DNA of 64,000 nt from a virus: IMG/VR virus record IMGVR_UViG_3300045993_000918; one strand, given 5' to 3'. Under the pieces are notes generated by a model, which was given only the letters and a program-made list of their open reading frames with translations, was not told the DNA's origin and did no database searches. Shown here piece after piece: positions 34,647 through 43,636 of this stretch. Made by a program: the position numbers and the translations under genes. Within the stretch, counting starts at the first letter, position 1. The number at the start of each line of letters is the position of its first letter.

Positions 34647-35392
34647 CAGGCGACCCGCAGGTCGACCGCAGCGAGCATGCCTGGCCCGGGCGTCGTGAGG
34701 TCGCCGCGGAGCCAGCCGAGGCTGTGCGTCACGGCGGCCTGGTAGCGGTAGACCGCCTCCGTCATCGCCTTCGTCTCGTTCCCGTAGTAGCCGGTCGCAC
34801 CGTTCGGGTTGAGCGTCCCGAGCCGTCCGACCTTCGCGAGGAACGCCCGGAGCGCCCGCTGGTAGACCAGCACGTCGTTGTTCCGGAGCCCGTAGCGCAG
34901 CAGCGCGAGGTGCACGGCCGGTCGGGTCAGAGCGTCGCGCGCAGCAGCGATGTCCGCTGGGTACCGGTCGTACCAGCGCTGGAACGCGGCCTGGATCATC
35001 GACCAGGCCTCGAGGTTCGAGTCGTGGAGGTTCCCAGCCCAGCCGGTGAGCCCGAGCCCCCAGGTCCCCCAGTTCGATCCCCCGCCGGTCCACTTGAACG
35101 CGAGCGAGGCGTTGAATGCGGGCTCGAGGATCTTCGCCCAGTCCGCCTCACCGATCCCGGGACGGTGCACGCTCTCGTTGATCTGGAACAGCCCGTAGTC
35201 GTACGAGCCGTTCGGGTTCGGTCCGCCGACGATGTCGTAGTACCCGCCGGACTCGGCCATCGCCTTCGCCCAGGCGGTCCGGCGCCGGTAGAGACCGACC
35301 GGGCTGGTGGTGGTCGGGTAGTCCGGGTCGGGGAATCCCGCCTCGATGAGGGCCTGGTCGAGCGCGAGGGCGTCGAGCTTGTGTAGGGTCAT
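34646..35392 (-). CDS. lysozyme-like lytic transglycosylase with C-terminal cell-wall-binding-like domain
   Basis: AESGGYYD...YDYGLFQINESVH (GH23/SLT-type motif). C-terminal LVYQRALRAFL...GYYGNETKAMTEAVYRYQ. Confidence 0.65.
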   Translation of the reverse strand: MTLHKLDALALDQALIEAGFPDPDYPTTTSPVGLYRRRTAWAKAMAESGGYYDIVGGPNPNGSYDYGLFQINESVHRPGIGEADWAKILEPAFNASLAFKWTGGGSNWGTWGLGLTGWAGNLHDSNLEAWSMIQAAFQRWYDRYPADIAAARDALTRPAVHLALLRYGLRNNDVLVYQRALRAFLAKVGRLGTLNPNGATGYYGNETKAMTEAVYRYQAAVTHSLGWLRGDLTTPGPGMLAAVDLRVA

Positions 35393-35721
35393 GCCGACGA
35401 GTCTACCGGACCGTCCCCTTGCTCAAGCTCTACCGTGGTCTCGGCCACCAGCCGCTGCACCACGTCCTCGGCGGGGTCCTCCTGATCGCGCTTGGCGATG
35501 TCGGCTTCCTGGGCGACCTCGACCCGGGCCGCCTGCCACGCGGACCAGTGACCCGAGACCAGCGCCCACAGCGAGAGCGCGGAGACGTAGGCGACGATGT
35601 TGACCCAGCCGGTGGCGAAGCTGACCGGGATCATCGCCACCCAGAAGATCGTCAACCAGCCGTTCACCCGGCGCATGAAGACCGGGTCGCCCTGCACCGA
35701 GGCCCACAGCGACTTGATCAC
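35389..35721 (-). CDS. two-helix membrane protein (holin-like, by position)
   Basis: GTG 35721 (GTGA overlap); WLTIFWVAMIPVSFATGWVNIVAYVSALSLWALV; ATGA-coupled to the transglycosylase. Confidence 0.5.
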   Translation of the reverse strand: MIKSLWASVQGDPVFMRRVNGWLTIFWVAMIPVSFATGWVNIVAYVSALSLWALVSGHWSAWQAARVEVAQEADIAKRDQEDPAEDVVQRLVAETTVELEQGDGPVDSSA

Positions 35722-35906
35722 GCGATCGCCCTCCCGCTCTGGGCGGCGCAGTCGGAGCACTCAGCCCCGGTCTGGATCCGGTCGTAGATCCCATCGGACG
35801 GGAACGTCACGTGCCGCAGGTACCGCTCGCCCGGATCGATCCGCCGATCGCATCCCCCGCACCGGTGCGGCTTCCGGGCGGTGCGAGTCTGCACCTTCCA
35901 GCTCAC
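35718..35906 (-). CDS. small Cys protein (62 aa)
   Basis: GTGA-coupled; HRCGGCDRRI...CSDC. Confidence 0.45.
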   Translation of the reverse strand: MSWKVQTRTARKPHRCGGCDRRIDPGERYLRHVTFPSDGIYDRIQTGAECSDCAAQSGRAIA

Positions 35907-36085
35907 GCGGTCGCCCTCCAGGTCGCCGCGATCGCGCCGCGCAGCCACTCCGCTGCGCAGGACTCCGCCTCGTACGGGGACCAGTCGTCGGCCAGGAGCT
36001 TGGCTCGGAGTCCCTTCGCCGCCTCTAGGATCGGGTCCAGCTGCTCCATCGCGGTGACCAGGGCCTCGGCCAGTTCGTCGCTCAC
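35903..36085 (-). CDS. small helical protein (60 aa)
   Basis: GTGA overlap with purB stop; MSDELAEALVTAMEQL... Confidence 0.45.
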   Translation of the reverse strand: MSDELAEALVTAMEQLDPILEAAKGLRAKLLADDWSPYEAESCAAEWLRGAIAATWRATA

Positions 36086-37278
36086 GACGAGCCCTCCTCG
36101 TCGGCCACGGAGGCCTCTTTCGTCGCCTCGGGGGCACCGGTGGGTCCTGGCCCCCGACCGGCCCCTCGCCCGACCTCGTAGGCGGCTTCGTGGCTCATCC
36201 CGTCGGCGACCCGACGCCACAGCTCGGCTGGGCTCTCCGGGATCCGGGCGAGGTTCGCCTCGCAGACCCGGGCGTCGACGGTCAGACCGCGAGCGACGTT
36301 CGTCGCCTCGACCAGGCAGTACGCCGTGAGTCCGACCAGCTGGGGGACCACGACCCGCTCGACGCTGCTCGCGGAGAGGTCGCGCTGGTCCCACCAGACG
36401 ACGTTGGCGTCGAGCGCCCCCGCTAGTGCCCGCGTGACGCGCTCGAGCCCACAGATCCGCTCGGACCGAGTCGGGTTCTGCTTGAACGCCATGCTCGAGC
36501 TCCCGACGTAGCGCGAGACTCCGGTCGGCTCGAAGAGCTCACCGTCGCGGGCCCCGAGCCGGACCTGTAGCGCGAAGTGCGCCGCGGCGGTCGCGAGGTC
36601 GGCGACGCTCCGGCCCCACCGCGCGATCTGGTCCCGCCGGACAGCCTGCTCCGAGTGCGACTCGAGCACGACTCCGAGCATACCGGAGGCCCGTACGGCA
36701 GCCTGCCGACTGAACGTCTCGTACCGCCCCGTCGGACCGCCGAGGCTGGCCCGGAGCCCGGCGGTGGCGTCGAAGAGCTCCATCCTGGCGCCGAGCACCC
36801 GGGCGGCCCAGGCCTGGCCCTGGACCGAGAGGTACGAGGCCTCCGCGAGCTGGCCGTGCGTCCTAGAGGCCCGCGCCACCGAGGGCAGCGCTTCGAGCGT
36901 CTGACCGAGCGTCCCAGCCTCTGCCCCGAGCCAGGAGGCCGCGGAGTGCAGCGTCATCACCAGGCTCGTGTCGACCAGATTCGAGGACGTGAGCCCGAAG
37001 TGGACCCAGTCCCGGGTATCGGACGCGACGACTTCGCGGACCACGGAGAGGAACGCAGCGACGTCGTGCCCGAGCTCAGCCTCCCTCTGGGCCATCACGA
37101 CGAAGTCGGTCTCGTTGAACCGGTCCGGGACCGTGTCAGGCTCGACCGAGCTCGGGACCAGCCCGTGGGCCCGGGCAGCCCGGAGCACCTCGCGGCTCAC
37201 GGCCAGCCACCCCGCAGCGGTCGCCTCGGCGGAGAACAGGTCCTCGACCCACTGGACAGAGTAGCGATCGGTCGTCAT
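36082..37278 (-). CDS. purB: adenylosuccinate lyase
   Basis: Fumarate-lyase signature GSSSMAFKQNPTRSE, WVHFGLTSSNLVDTSL, RTHGQLAE, WWDQRDLSASSVER. Collinear by eye with bacterial PurB. ATG 7 nt downstream of TGGTAGACT. Confidence 0.85.
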   Translation of the reverse strand: MTTDRYSVQWVEDLFSAEATAAGWLAVSREVLRAARAHGLVPSSVEPDTVPDRFNETDFVVMAQREAELGHDVAAFLSVVREVVASDTRDWVHFGLTSSNLVDTSLVMTLHSAASWLGAEAGTLGQTLEALPSVARASRTHGQLAEASYLSVQGQAWAARVLGARMELFDATAGLRASLGGPTGRYETFSRQAAVRASGMLGVVLESHSEQAVRRDQIARWGRSVADLATAAAHFALQVRLGARDGELFEPTGVSRYVGSSSMAFKQNPTRSERICGLERVTRALAGALDANVVWWDQRDLSASSVERVVVPQLVGLTAYCLVEATNVARGLTVDARVCEANLARIPESPAELWRRVADGMSHEAAYEVGRGAGRGPGPTGAPEATKEASVADEEGSS

Positions 37279-37280
37279 GC

Positions 37281-37445
37281 TCAGGAGTCTACCACAGGGA
37301 CGCGGAGCTCGAGCTCCTGGCGGCCAGTACCGGCGCAGCGCGGACAGCGAGCCAGCGTGCTGAGCAGAGCCCCGGTGAGCCGGTCGGTGACCGTCACGGG
37401 CACTCGACCGTCCGAGCAGCTCGGGCAGGGCGCGGACTCAGCCAC
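37281..37445 (-). CDS. small zinc-ribbon protein (54 aa)
   Basis: Hand-found; CPSCSDG...CPRCAGTG; overlaps upstream stop. Confidence 0.4.
   Translation of the reverse strand: MAESAPCPSCSDGRVPVTVTDRLTGALLSTLARCPRCAGTGRQELELRVPVVDS
37286..37294 (-). promoter_or_regulatory. extended -10 TGGTAGACT, leaderless purB start
   Basis: 7 nt upstream of ATG 37278. Confidence 0.45.
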
Positions 37446-37719
37446 GGCCGCTCGCCTCCCGACGCATCTCGTCCTGGACCCGACCGAGCTCGGCCAGAGC
37501 GGCGAGGCGAACGTCCGTGGTGCTCTGCTCGGCCCACGGGGTCGTGCGTCGGGTCACGCCCCAGGCCGTCGCCGCAGCCAGCGCCAGCGTCGCGTGGACC
37601 TGAGCCTCGAGCAGCTCGGTGGTCGCCTCGAGGCTGTCGAGCTCCCCTGCGGCCTCGATCGCCGCCAGGGCCGCCTGACCTTCCCGGACGTACCGGTCGT
37701 ACTCACCCTGCTCGCTCAC
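37438..37719 (-). CDS. hypothetical helical protein (93 aa)
   Basis: Tail of track ORF 37438..38016; GTG 37719 after GGAGG. Confidence 0.5.
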   Translation of the reverse strand: MSEQGEYDRYVREGQAALAAIEAAGELDSLEATTELLEAQVHATLALAAATAWGVTRRTTPWAEQSTTDVRLAALAELGRVQDEMRREASGRG

Positions 37720-37792
37720 GCCGTGCCTCCGAGGTCCAAATCTGCTATTTTGTCCGGGGCGGAACTCGTGGCCCCGTACTAGAATTGCTCCC

Positions 37793-37798
37793 ATCCTA
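37793..37798 (-). promoter_or_regulatory. -10 TAGGAT
   Basis: CGGTAGGAT, then hairpin CGGGGC...GCCCCG and GGAGG before GTG 37719. Confidence 0.3.
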
Positions 37799-37830
37799 CC
37801 GCCGACCTGCGCGGTTCCGTCTCCTGGGCT

Positions 37831-38134
37831 GATTGGGCGATGTCCCCGCGGACCTCGCGCGTTACGGCGCAAGCGCGCGGCGCGAGACGTACGCGGCGCC
37901 CGCGTGCATAACCCCGTCTGATCGCCCATACCGCCCAATGACCCCTTTAAGACCCTCTTTTCCGCGGAAGAAGCATTGGCCGGACCCCTCCCAATGACCT
38001 CCCAATCGCCGCCCAATGACCCCCTCCCAGCCGCCCAATCGCCTCGTTTGCCTCAAAGGCCCGCACCTCCCAGTCACGCCCCCCATACTGATTGGGAAGC
38101 CCCATTGGGCGGCTATTGGGTGGGTCATTGGGCG
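37831..38134. repeat. iteron array: CCCAAT(G/C)(A/G)CC direct copies facing inverted ATTGGG copies
   Basis: Direct copies at about 37933, 37990, 38001, 38012, 38034. Inverted copies at about 37832, 38081, 38104, 38115, 38127. Palindrome TTGCCTCAAAGGCC at 38048..38061 lies between the two sets. Confidence 0.7.
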
Positions 38135-38137
38135 ACC

Positions 38138-41083
38138 TCAGCCGCCCGCGACGACGGTCCGAGCGTGCTTCGTCAGCACCCGGTACTCCGCCATGCCGCC
38201 CTTGTACCGAGCGACGTAGCGGACCGGCTTCCCGTCCTCGTCGGCCACGCACAGAGCCGAGATCTGGTTCTCGATCGCGTTCTTCGCGACGTTCCTCACG
38301 TCGTCACTCACCCCTGCCCTCCGCCCCTCGTCCGAGGTCGCCCAGAGGTAGAGCTCGCGCCCTCGCACGGCCACCATCAGCGTCTCCGCCTCCTCCGGGT
38401 TGACCAGCCCCGAGGCTACGATCCGGATCACGGGCGGAGCCTTCGTCCGCACCACCTCGGTCCCTCCGACCGTCCGGGCGTCGAAGCCCTCTTGGCAGGC
38501 TCGCCCCAGCAGCGTCGAGGGCGAGACCTCGTCCTCCAGCACCTTCTGCCACTCGGCCTTCGTCACTGTGAACGCCTTCGTCGCACTCGCGCTGGCCAGC
38601 GCTCGAGGCAGCAGCTCCGTGGCTGCGTAGGTGTCCAGCCCGGCGTATGCCAGCTCCCGCGAGAGCGCCTCGCGCTCGGCCGCCTCCCTCGCGACCGTAG
38701 CCTCGATCAGGTCCGCCTCTTCGTCGTACCCCCACACCCTCAGCCAGTCAGCCAGCACTACCGCTCCGACCCGCAGGAACCGGCCTACCCGGGCCTCACG
38801 CGCTCCCGTGGGCGCTCCGACCCGGTCGTCCCACGCGACCCCTCGGCTCGCCTTCCACAGCCCGCGGACGACCCAGCCCGCGTAGTCGGTCAGGATCTCG
38901 TGGTCGTAGAGGTCGCCCGCCCCCAGCTTCAGCATGTCGTCCCACTGCGGACGAGAAGGGTCCTTCCGGCTCATCCGGTCCTGCGCCCGCTCCGTGAACT
39001 CCACCGAGACCATCCGGTCGCGCATCGCCTTCTCCTCGCCACGCGACTCCGCCTCCGCCGAGATCACGATCAGCGCCTCGCTCTTCTGCTCGATCGTCGC
39101 GCTGTCGGTGTCGGCCTTCGCCCTGACCCTCCCGCCCCCGGTTGCAGCTCCGCGGATCGCGGAGAGGATCTCCTCCATCGCGGGTCCGGCCTCGTCGTCG
39201 AGCCAGTACGGCCCGGTCCCCGTTGCGACGTCCCGGCCGAATGCGGCCACCGTCGTGTTCGACTGGCCGTACCCCAGCGACCCGAACGCCCTCAGCGCCA
39301 GCCGCAGGTACGTCGTCTTCCCTGTGTTCGAGAGTCCGTGCACGCTCACCACTCGCAGCATCCCGGCTACGGCGTCCGTGACCGGCCGCACCGTGTTCGC
39401 GGCCAGCGCCGCGAGCAGCACGCACGACTCCTCGGGCCGCCTGAACCACACGAGCTCGGCGACCTGCCGAGCAGCCACGGACTCGCCTGACTCCTCGCCC
39501 TCCGGAGCGCCCAACCCGTACCGCCACAGCTCGCGGGTCCGATCGGCCCGGATCGCCTGCCCCGTACCGATCACGGCCCCTTCGTAGCCCGCGAAGTGCC
39601 ACTCCCGGTCCTGCTGGTTCCAGCCGCAGACGGGCCGGACCATCGTCGGGGTCAGCCGCCCGCTGTGGTGCCGCAGCCAGGTCGAGATCGAAGGTACTCC
39701 GCCGTTCCGCCCGCCCAGCAGCTGCAGCGCCCCACCGGTCGGGACGGCGACCTTCCCGGCCCAGCTCTGCGCCGACGCGATCGCGGCGGCCTCGATCCGG
39801 AACGTCCGGAGCTCACCGGTCTCGACCTCGGCCCACTCGACGCTCCAGGCTGCGTGCGTCCCTTCGGGGTCGACCTCGACGCCGACGACCTCGGGTGCGA
39901 CCGCGAGCACGGGCACGAGCGTGAACCCGGCCATCGCGTCGAGCGGCTCCCCGCCTCCCTCCTTCGCCTTCGCGCGCCCACGCGTGACGTGACAGAGCAC
40001 GGCGTGCGTCGAGTCCGGCGGGACGGTCGTGACCAGCATGCCGGTCTGGACGGAGAACTCGCCGTACGGGTCCTCGGCCTCGAGGTCCTCGTCCGTGACC
40101 TCCCCGACCACCATCCGCTCGCGCCACTTCAGCCCGTAGAAGTCGACGGCCTGCGCGAGGTCCCTCGCACGCTCCGGCGGGTACAGGATCTCGACGCTGC
40201 TCCCGCCTGCGATCAGCGAGGGTCCCACGGCCCCGACGATCCGCGCTACGCGCCTCCGCCCAGCGGGGTCGTTGTCCCCGACTACGACGACCCGGACCAC
40301 CCGCCCGACGCAGAGCTCCGCCACGGCGTTCGCGATCCGCTCGACGTCCTCGTTCGCCCCGCCTCCGGCGGTGGTCGCGATCCGGCCCTCAGCTCCGGCG
40401 ACGGGTTTCTTCGCAGCCTTGTCCGCCTCGAACTGGAGTTGGGCGAAGTACGCGTCCTTCTCGCCCTCGGTGAGCCAGAGCTCGGCCCCGCCCGCGGCTG
40501 CCCAGGCCCGGAGCTCCGGCCCGCGCCACAGCGGCTCGAGCTCGTACTCGCCCCTCCCGGGCTCCCAGGCGTCCTTCCCGACGTAGTGCTTCCAGATGAA
40601 CTTCGCGCCCTCGGTGAGCCGGTACTCCCGGACGTGCGCAGCAACGATCGCGTCGGCGCGGCCCTCCTCCTCGACCCCGCACCAGTGGTACTCGGTGCTC
40701 ATCGGGGAGAGCTGGTACATCTGGAGCTCGAGCGCGGCCACGACCTCGGTGGTCTCGCACGAGGCCTGGCACTTGACCAGCACCCGGCCGTCCGGGGTCA
40801 CGCTCCAGCGCAGCGACTCGACCCGGTCGTCGTGGGCTGGGCAGGTCACCGTGTAGTTCCCGCTCAGGTCCGGGCGCCCCATCGCGATCCCGCGCAGCCC
40901 TAGCGCCCGGACCCAGACCGCCTCCGGCTCCTGGCCGATCCGCCGTACGTAGGCCTCGACCCGTTCGCCCGCAGGCAACGGGGCCGCTTCGTCGCCCTCG
41001 GACGCGCTCCCGGGCCGATCGGACCCGGACCCTCCGTCTGTGCTCGTCGTTAGGCCTTCGTTGCCCTCGTCCGGGTCCGACAC
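38138..41083 (-). CDS. DNA primase-helicase (zinc finger + Toprim + P-loop helicase)
   Basis: CPAHDDRVESL...CQASC zinc motif. Toprim LWLTEGEKDA and VVVVGDNDPAGRR. Walker A GLSNTGKTT. GTG after GAGAGGAGCGGGGC. Confidence 0.85.
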   Translation of the reverse strand: MSDPDEGNEGLTTSTDGGSGSDRPGSASEGDEAAPLPAGERVEAYVRRIGQEPEAVWVRALGLRGIAMGRPDLSGNYTVTCPAHDDRVESLRWSVTPDGRVLVKCQASCETTEVVAALELQMYQLSPMSTEYHWCGVEEEGRADAIVAAHVREYRLTEGAKFIWKHYVGKDAWEPGRGEYELEPLWRGPELRAWAAAGGAELWLTEGEKDAYFAQLQFEADKAAKKPVAGAEGRIATTAGGGANEDVERIANAVAELCVGRVVRVVVVGDNDPAGRRRVARIVGAVGPSLIAGGSSVEILYPPERARDLAQAVDFYGLKWRERMVVGEVTDEDLEAEDPYGEFSVQTGMLVTTVPPDSTHAVLCHVTRGRAKAKEGGGEPLDAMAGFTLVPVLAVAPEVVGVEVDPEGTHAAWSVEWAEVETGELRTFRIEAAAIASAQSWAGKVAVPTGGALQLLGGRNGGVPSISTWLRHHSGRLTPTMVRPVCGWNQQDREWHFAGYEGAVIGTGQAIRADRTRELWRYGLGAPEGEESGESVAARQVAELVWFRRPEESCVLLAALAANTVRPVTDAVAGMLRVVSVHGLSNTGKTTYLRLALRAFGSLGYGQSNTTVAAFGRDVATGTGPYWLDDEAGPAMEEILSAIRGAATGGGRVRAKADTDSATIEQKSEALIVISAEAESRGEEKAMRDRMVSVEFTERAQDRMSRKDPSRPQWDDMLKLGAGDLYDHEILTDYAGWVVRGLWKASRGVAWDDRVGAPTGAREARVGRFLRVGAVVLADWLRVWGYDEEADLIEATVAREAAEREALSRELAYAGLDTYAATELLPRALASASATKAFTVTKAEWQKVLEDEVSPSTLLGRACQEGFDARTVGGTEVVRTKAPPVIRIVASGLVNPEEAETLMVAVRGRELYLWATSDEGRRAGVSDDVRNVAKNAIENQISALCVADEDGKPVRYVARYKGGMAEYRVLTKHARTVVAGG

Positions 41084-41128
41084 GCCCCGCTCCTCTCATG
41101 CCTCCCGGTCAGCAGACCGGGGTCCCCA

Positions 41129-41157
41129 ACGATACCACTCGCGTCGGCGGGAGGCCA
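41129..41157 (-). promoter_or_regulatory. promoter: -35 TGGCCT, 17 nt, TGG-TATCGT (primase-helicase)
   Basis: Leader hairpin CCCGGTC...GACCGGG then GAGAGGAGCGGGGC-GTG. Confidence 0.5.
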
Positions 41158-41223
41158 GACACGTCGGCCCCGGACCGGAGTCTCCTCCGACCCGGGGCCG
41201 TGTGCCTTCCCCGACCCCGCGGA

Positions 41224-41706
41224 TCAGAACTCCGCGGGGTTCACCTTTGCCACTCCGGCGCCGACCTTCGACTCGGTCTTCCCGGCCGCGGCGGCGGGCG
41301 GCGCCGCAGCGTCCCCGTCCGGCAGCGTCGCGTCGACGTTGTTCCCGAGCTGGCCGGTCTTCGCGCCGGACTGGATCACGCGCTGGCTGACCACCAGCCG
41401 GACGGTCCCGCCCAGCAGCTCGTCGGTGTGCGTGTCGCTCCCGACGCCGAAGGCGTCGAAGAACTCCTTGACCTTCCACAGCGCGGTCTCGACGAAGACC
41501 AGGTTGGTCCAGAGGTACCGGCCGGTGTGCGGCCCCTCGATGACCTCCCACTCGGCGGTCCACATCGAGTTGCCCGTCGACGCGGTCTTCGGCGTCACGG
41601 ACCGGAGCCGGGCGCGGTACTCGTCCGGGGGCAGTGGCTCCCGGCTACCGGCGGTCGACTCCTGAGCGTCGACCTGCTTCGCGAGGTCGTCATTGAGCCT
41701 GGGCAT
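41224..41706 (-). CDS. DUF669-like protein (SSB-like partner of Sak4-type ATPases)
   Basis: 160 aa; position next to the ATPase; PPDEYRARL...GNSMWTAEWEVIEGPHTGRYLW pattern. Confidence 0.55.
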   Translation of the reverse strand: MPRLNDDLAKQVDAQESTAGSREPLPPDEYRARLRSVTPKTASTGNSMWTAEWEVIEGPHTGRYLWTNLVFVETALWKVKEFFDAFGVGSDTHTDELLGGTVRLVVSQRVIQSGAKTGQLGNNVDATLPDGDAAAPPAAAAGKTESKVGAGVAKVNPAEF

Positions 41707-41768
41707 ACTCGTCTCTTCTCTACTCTGCTCGCCGCGGCGGGCTGTCCGCCCGGTGGCCTAACCCGACT

Positions 41769-41774
41769 ATCCTA
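41769..41774 (-). promoter_or_regulatory. -10 TAGGAT
   Basis: GGGTAGGAT overlapping the ATPase stop codon, upstream of the DUF669-like gene. Confidence 0.3.
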
Positions 41775-42677
41775 CCCCTCGGCCGACGCTTCCGTCTCGG
41801 CAGCCTCGGGCTCGACGACCCCTCCTCCCTCGACCTTCTCGGCCACCACGGCGGCGGCCTCGCCAGCGGCGGCCATCGCGGCGTCGCGGGCGGCCTGCTG
41901 GCGCGGGTCCTCGCTACGCTCGAGGTTCCCGTCGATGTACGCGACCATCCGGAGTGCGGAGGGGTCGACCATCCGGCCGGGCAGCAGCCCGAACCGGTCC
42001 TTCGCCTTCCGCTTGTTGATCGGCGTCGTGGTCCCGAGGTAGAACGTCTCGTCCCCGATCGGCTCGACCGTGTTGTAGCAGACCACGTCGACGAGTCCCA
42101 TCGTGTCGTTCGCGATCGAGGGCCCCATCGCCGGGCCGTACGCGACCGACCCGTCGTCGTCCTGGTCCCGACGCTCGAGGGCGGTCAGCACGACGTGCAA
42201 CGGCAGGTCGGTGAACCGGCGCAGCACCGAGCGCATCATCGAGCTGCTCGTCCCGTAGTCCTCGAGGTTGATCTGGAACCGGTCGCGCTGCTTCCCGAGC
42301 CGGGCGGCCTTCTCCAGTGCGGCCTTCGTCACCGTCTCGAGCAGCCGACGCGAGAGCTCGGTCATTGAGTCGATCATGACCCCGGCGTAGGCGTTCGGGT
42401 CATCCAGCAGCTCGGTCCGGAGCTCGACGTACATCGCCTCGACCGCATCGTAGGTCAGCGCCTCGGGCCCGTCCGGCGGCCACAGCAGGATGTTCTTCGC
42501 GACCACGCCGTGCTGCTCGAGCGCCCGCTTCTTCGCGCCACCCTCAGCGTCGATCACGATCAGCGGGCCGAGCTGCGAGAGCGACGCGCCCGCGGTGGTC
42601 TTCCCCGTTCCGGGCGGCCCGTAGTTCAGCACCCGGAGGTACGTCCTCTGCTCGGTGAGCGGCTTCCCGATCGTCAC
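41772..42677 (-). CDS. RecA-fold P-loop ATPase (Sak4-like)
   Basis: Walker A NYGPPGTGKTT; Walker B-like GVMIDSMTE; 301 aa. Confidence 0.7.
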   Translation of the reverse strand: MTIGKPLTEQRTYLRVLNYGPPGTGKTTAGASLSQLGPLIVIDAEGGAKKRALEQHGVVAKNILLWPPDGPEALTYDAVEAMYVELRTELLDDPNAYAGVMIDSMTELSRRLLETVTKAALEKAARLGKQRDRFQINLEDYGTSSSMMRSVLRRFTDLPLHVVLTALERRDQDDDGSVAYGPAMGPSIANDTMGLVDVVCYNTVEPIGDETFYLGTTTPINKRKAKDRFGLLPGRMVDPSALRMVAYIDGNLERSEDPRQQAARDAAMAAAGEAAAVVAEKVEGGGVVEPEAAETEASAEG

Positions 42678-42721
42678 TTGGTTTCTCCTCTACTCGGTCC
42701 GCCTCCGGCGGACTACCCCGA

Positions 42722-42916
42722 TCAATCCCGATCGGGGCGTGGTCCCGATCCTACCAGCCCGGACGGGTACTCGGGGACGAACGGGAGCAGCGGGTACCGC
42801 ATCCTGTCGTCGCGCACCAGCACGAGGATCTCGAACTCCTTCGTGGCCGGGTGCCCCGTCCCGTCGGCGTGAGCGCACCAGCCGAGCAGCACCACCGTCC
42901 CGCGGACCAGTTCCAA
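42722..42916 (-). CDS. small protein (64 aa, TTG start)
   Basis: Tail of track ORF 42722..43111; SD GAGGAGGA 9 nt upstream of TTG. Confidence 0.4.
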   Translation of the reverse strand: MELVRGTVVLLGWCAHADGTGHPATKEFEILVLVRDDRMRYPLLPFVPEYPSGLVGSGPRPDRD

Positions 42917-42921
42917 CGCTC

Positions 42922-43086
42922 TCAGTCCTCCTCGGACCAGCTCTCGAGCACGCCCATCGCCCGCTCCCGGCGGTATACGTCGCGTAGCGTCCGGTCGCGC
43001 CGGAACCGCAGCTCGCGCTGCGCCCAGACGACAGCGAGCCCGACCAGCAGCCCGACTAGCGCGGGGACGACCAGCCCGCCGATCAC
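42922..43086 (-). CDS. small membrane protein (54 aa)
   Basis: Hand-found; GTGA overlap; MIGGLVVPALVGLLVGLAVVW helix. Confidence 0.45.
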   Translation of the reverse strand: MIGGLVVPALVGLLVGLAVVWAQRELRFRRDRTLRDVYRRERAMGVLESWSEED

Positions 43087-43394
43087 GCCACCCACCTCCG
43101 CAGCGCCTCACGGACCTGCGGGCTCAGCGCCGCAGCGTCGACCCCGGATCCGTTCGTGCCGCGCCCGAGCTCGATCTGGATCGAGCCGAGCTCCCCGCCG
43201 AACTCCATACTGACCGAGACGACCCGCACGCCGTCGAACTCGATCGGCTTCGACTCGGGCACGGCCAGCCCGGCTGCTACGAGCAGCAGCCCGAGCCCGG
43301 TCAGCGCGAACTGCCAGTGGTACGGGCTCCAGATCGCGACGAGCAGCGACGCGCCCGCACCGGCCCCGACGACCCAGGGCAGGTTGTGCCTCAC
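43083..43394 (-). CDS. membrane protein (103 aa)
   Basis: Track ORF; two hydrophobic helices at the N-terminus. Confidence 0.6.
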   Translation of the reverse strand: MRHNLPWVVGAGAGASLLVAIWSPYHWQFALTGLGLLLVAAGLAVPESKPIEFDGVRVVSVSMEFGGELGSIQIELGRGTNGSGVDAAALSPQVREALRRWVA

Positions 43395-43636
43395 CCTTCC
43401 TCACGCTCCACGTCGTCCATGACCTCGTAGTCGCCGTCCTCGAGCTGCAGGATCCGGATCGCGTACTCCTCCGCGAGCTTTCGCACCTCATCCTCGGTCT
43501 CGGCGACGACGGTCAGGCCCACCATCTCCGAGCTCTCGTGGTCGAAGACCATCGCGCCCCAGCGCGGCCCCTCCGCGGCGTCCCAGCCGCGGGTGTCGCC
43601 CGTCACTCGCGACAACAGTTCGGCGTCGGTCAGCAT
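43391..43636 (-). CDS. acidic hypothetical protein (81 aa)
   Basis: Track ORF. Confidence 0.6.
   Translation of the reverse strand: MLTDAELLSRVTGDTRGWDAAEGPRWGAMVFDHESSEMVGLTVVAETEDEVRKLAEEYAIRILQLEDGDYEVMDDVEREEG

Noticed and set aside
37831-38134. CRISPR array?
   Set aside because: The repeat units are only about 10 bp, occur in both orientations, have irregular short spacing and no spacers of CRISPR size. I interpret them as iterons.
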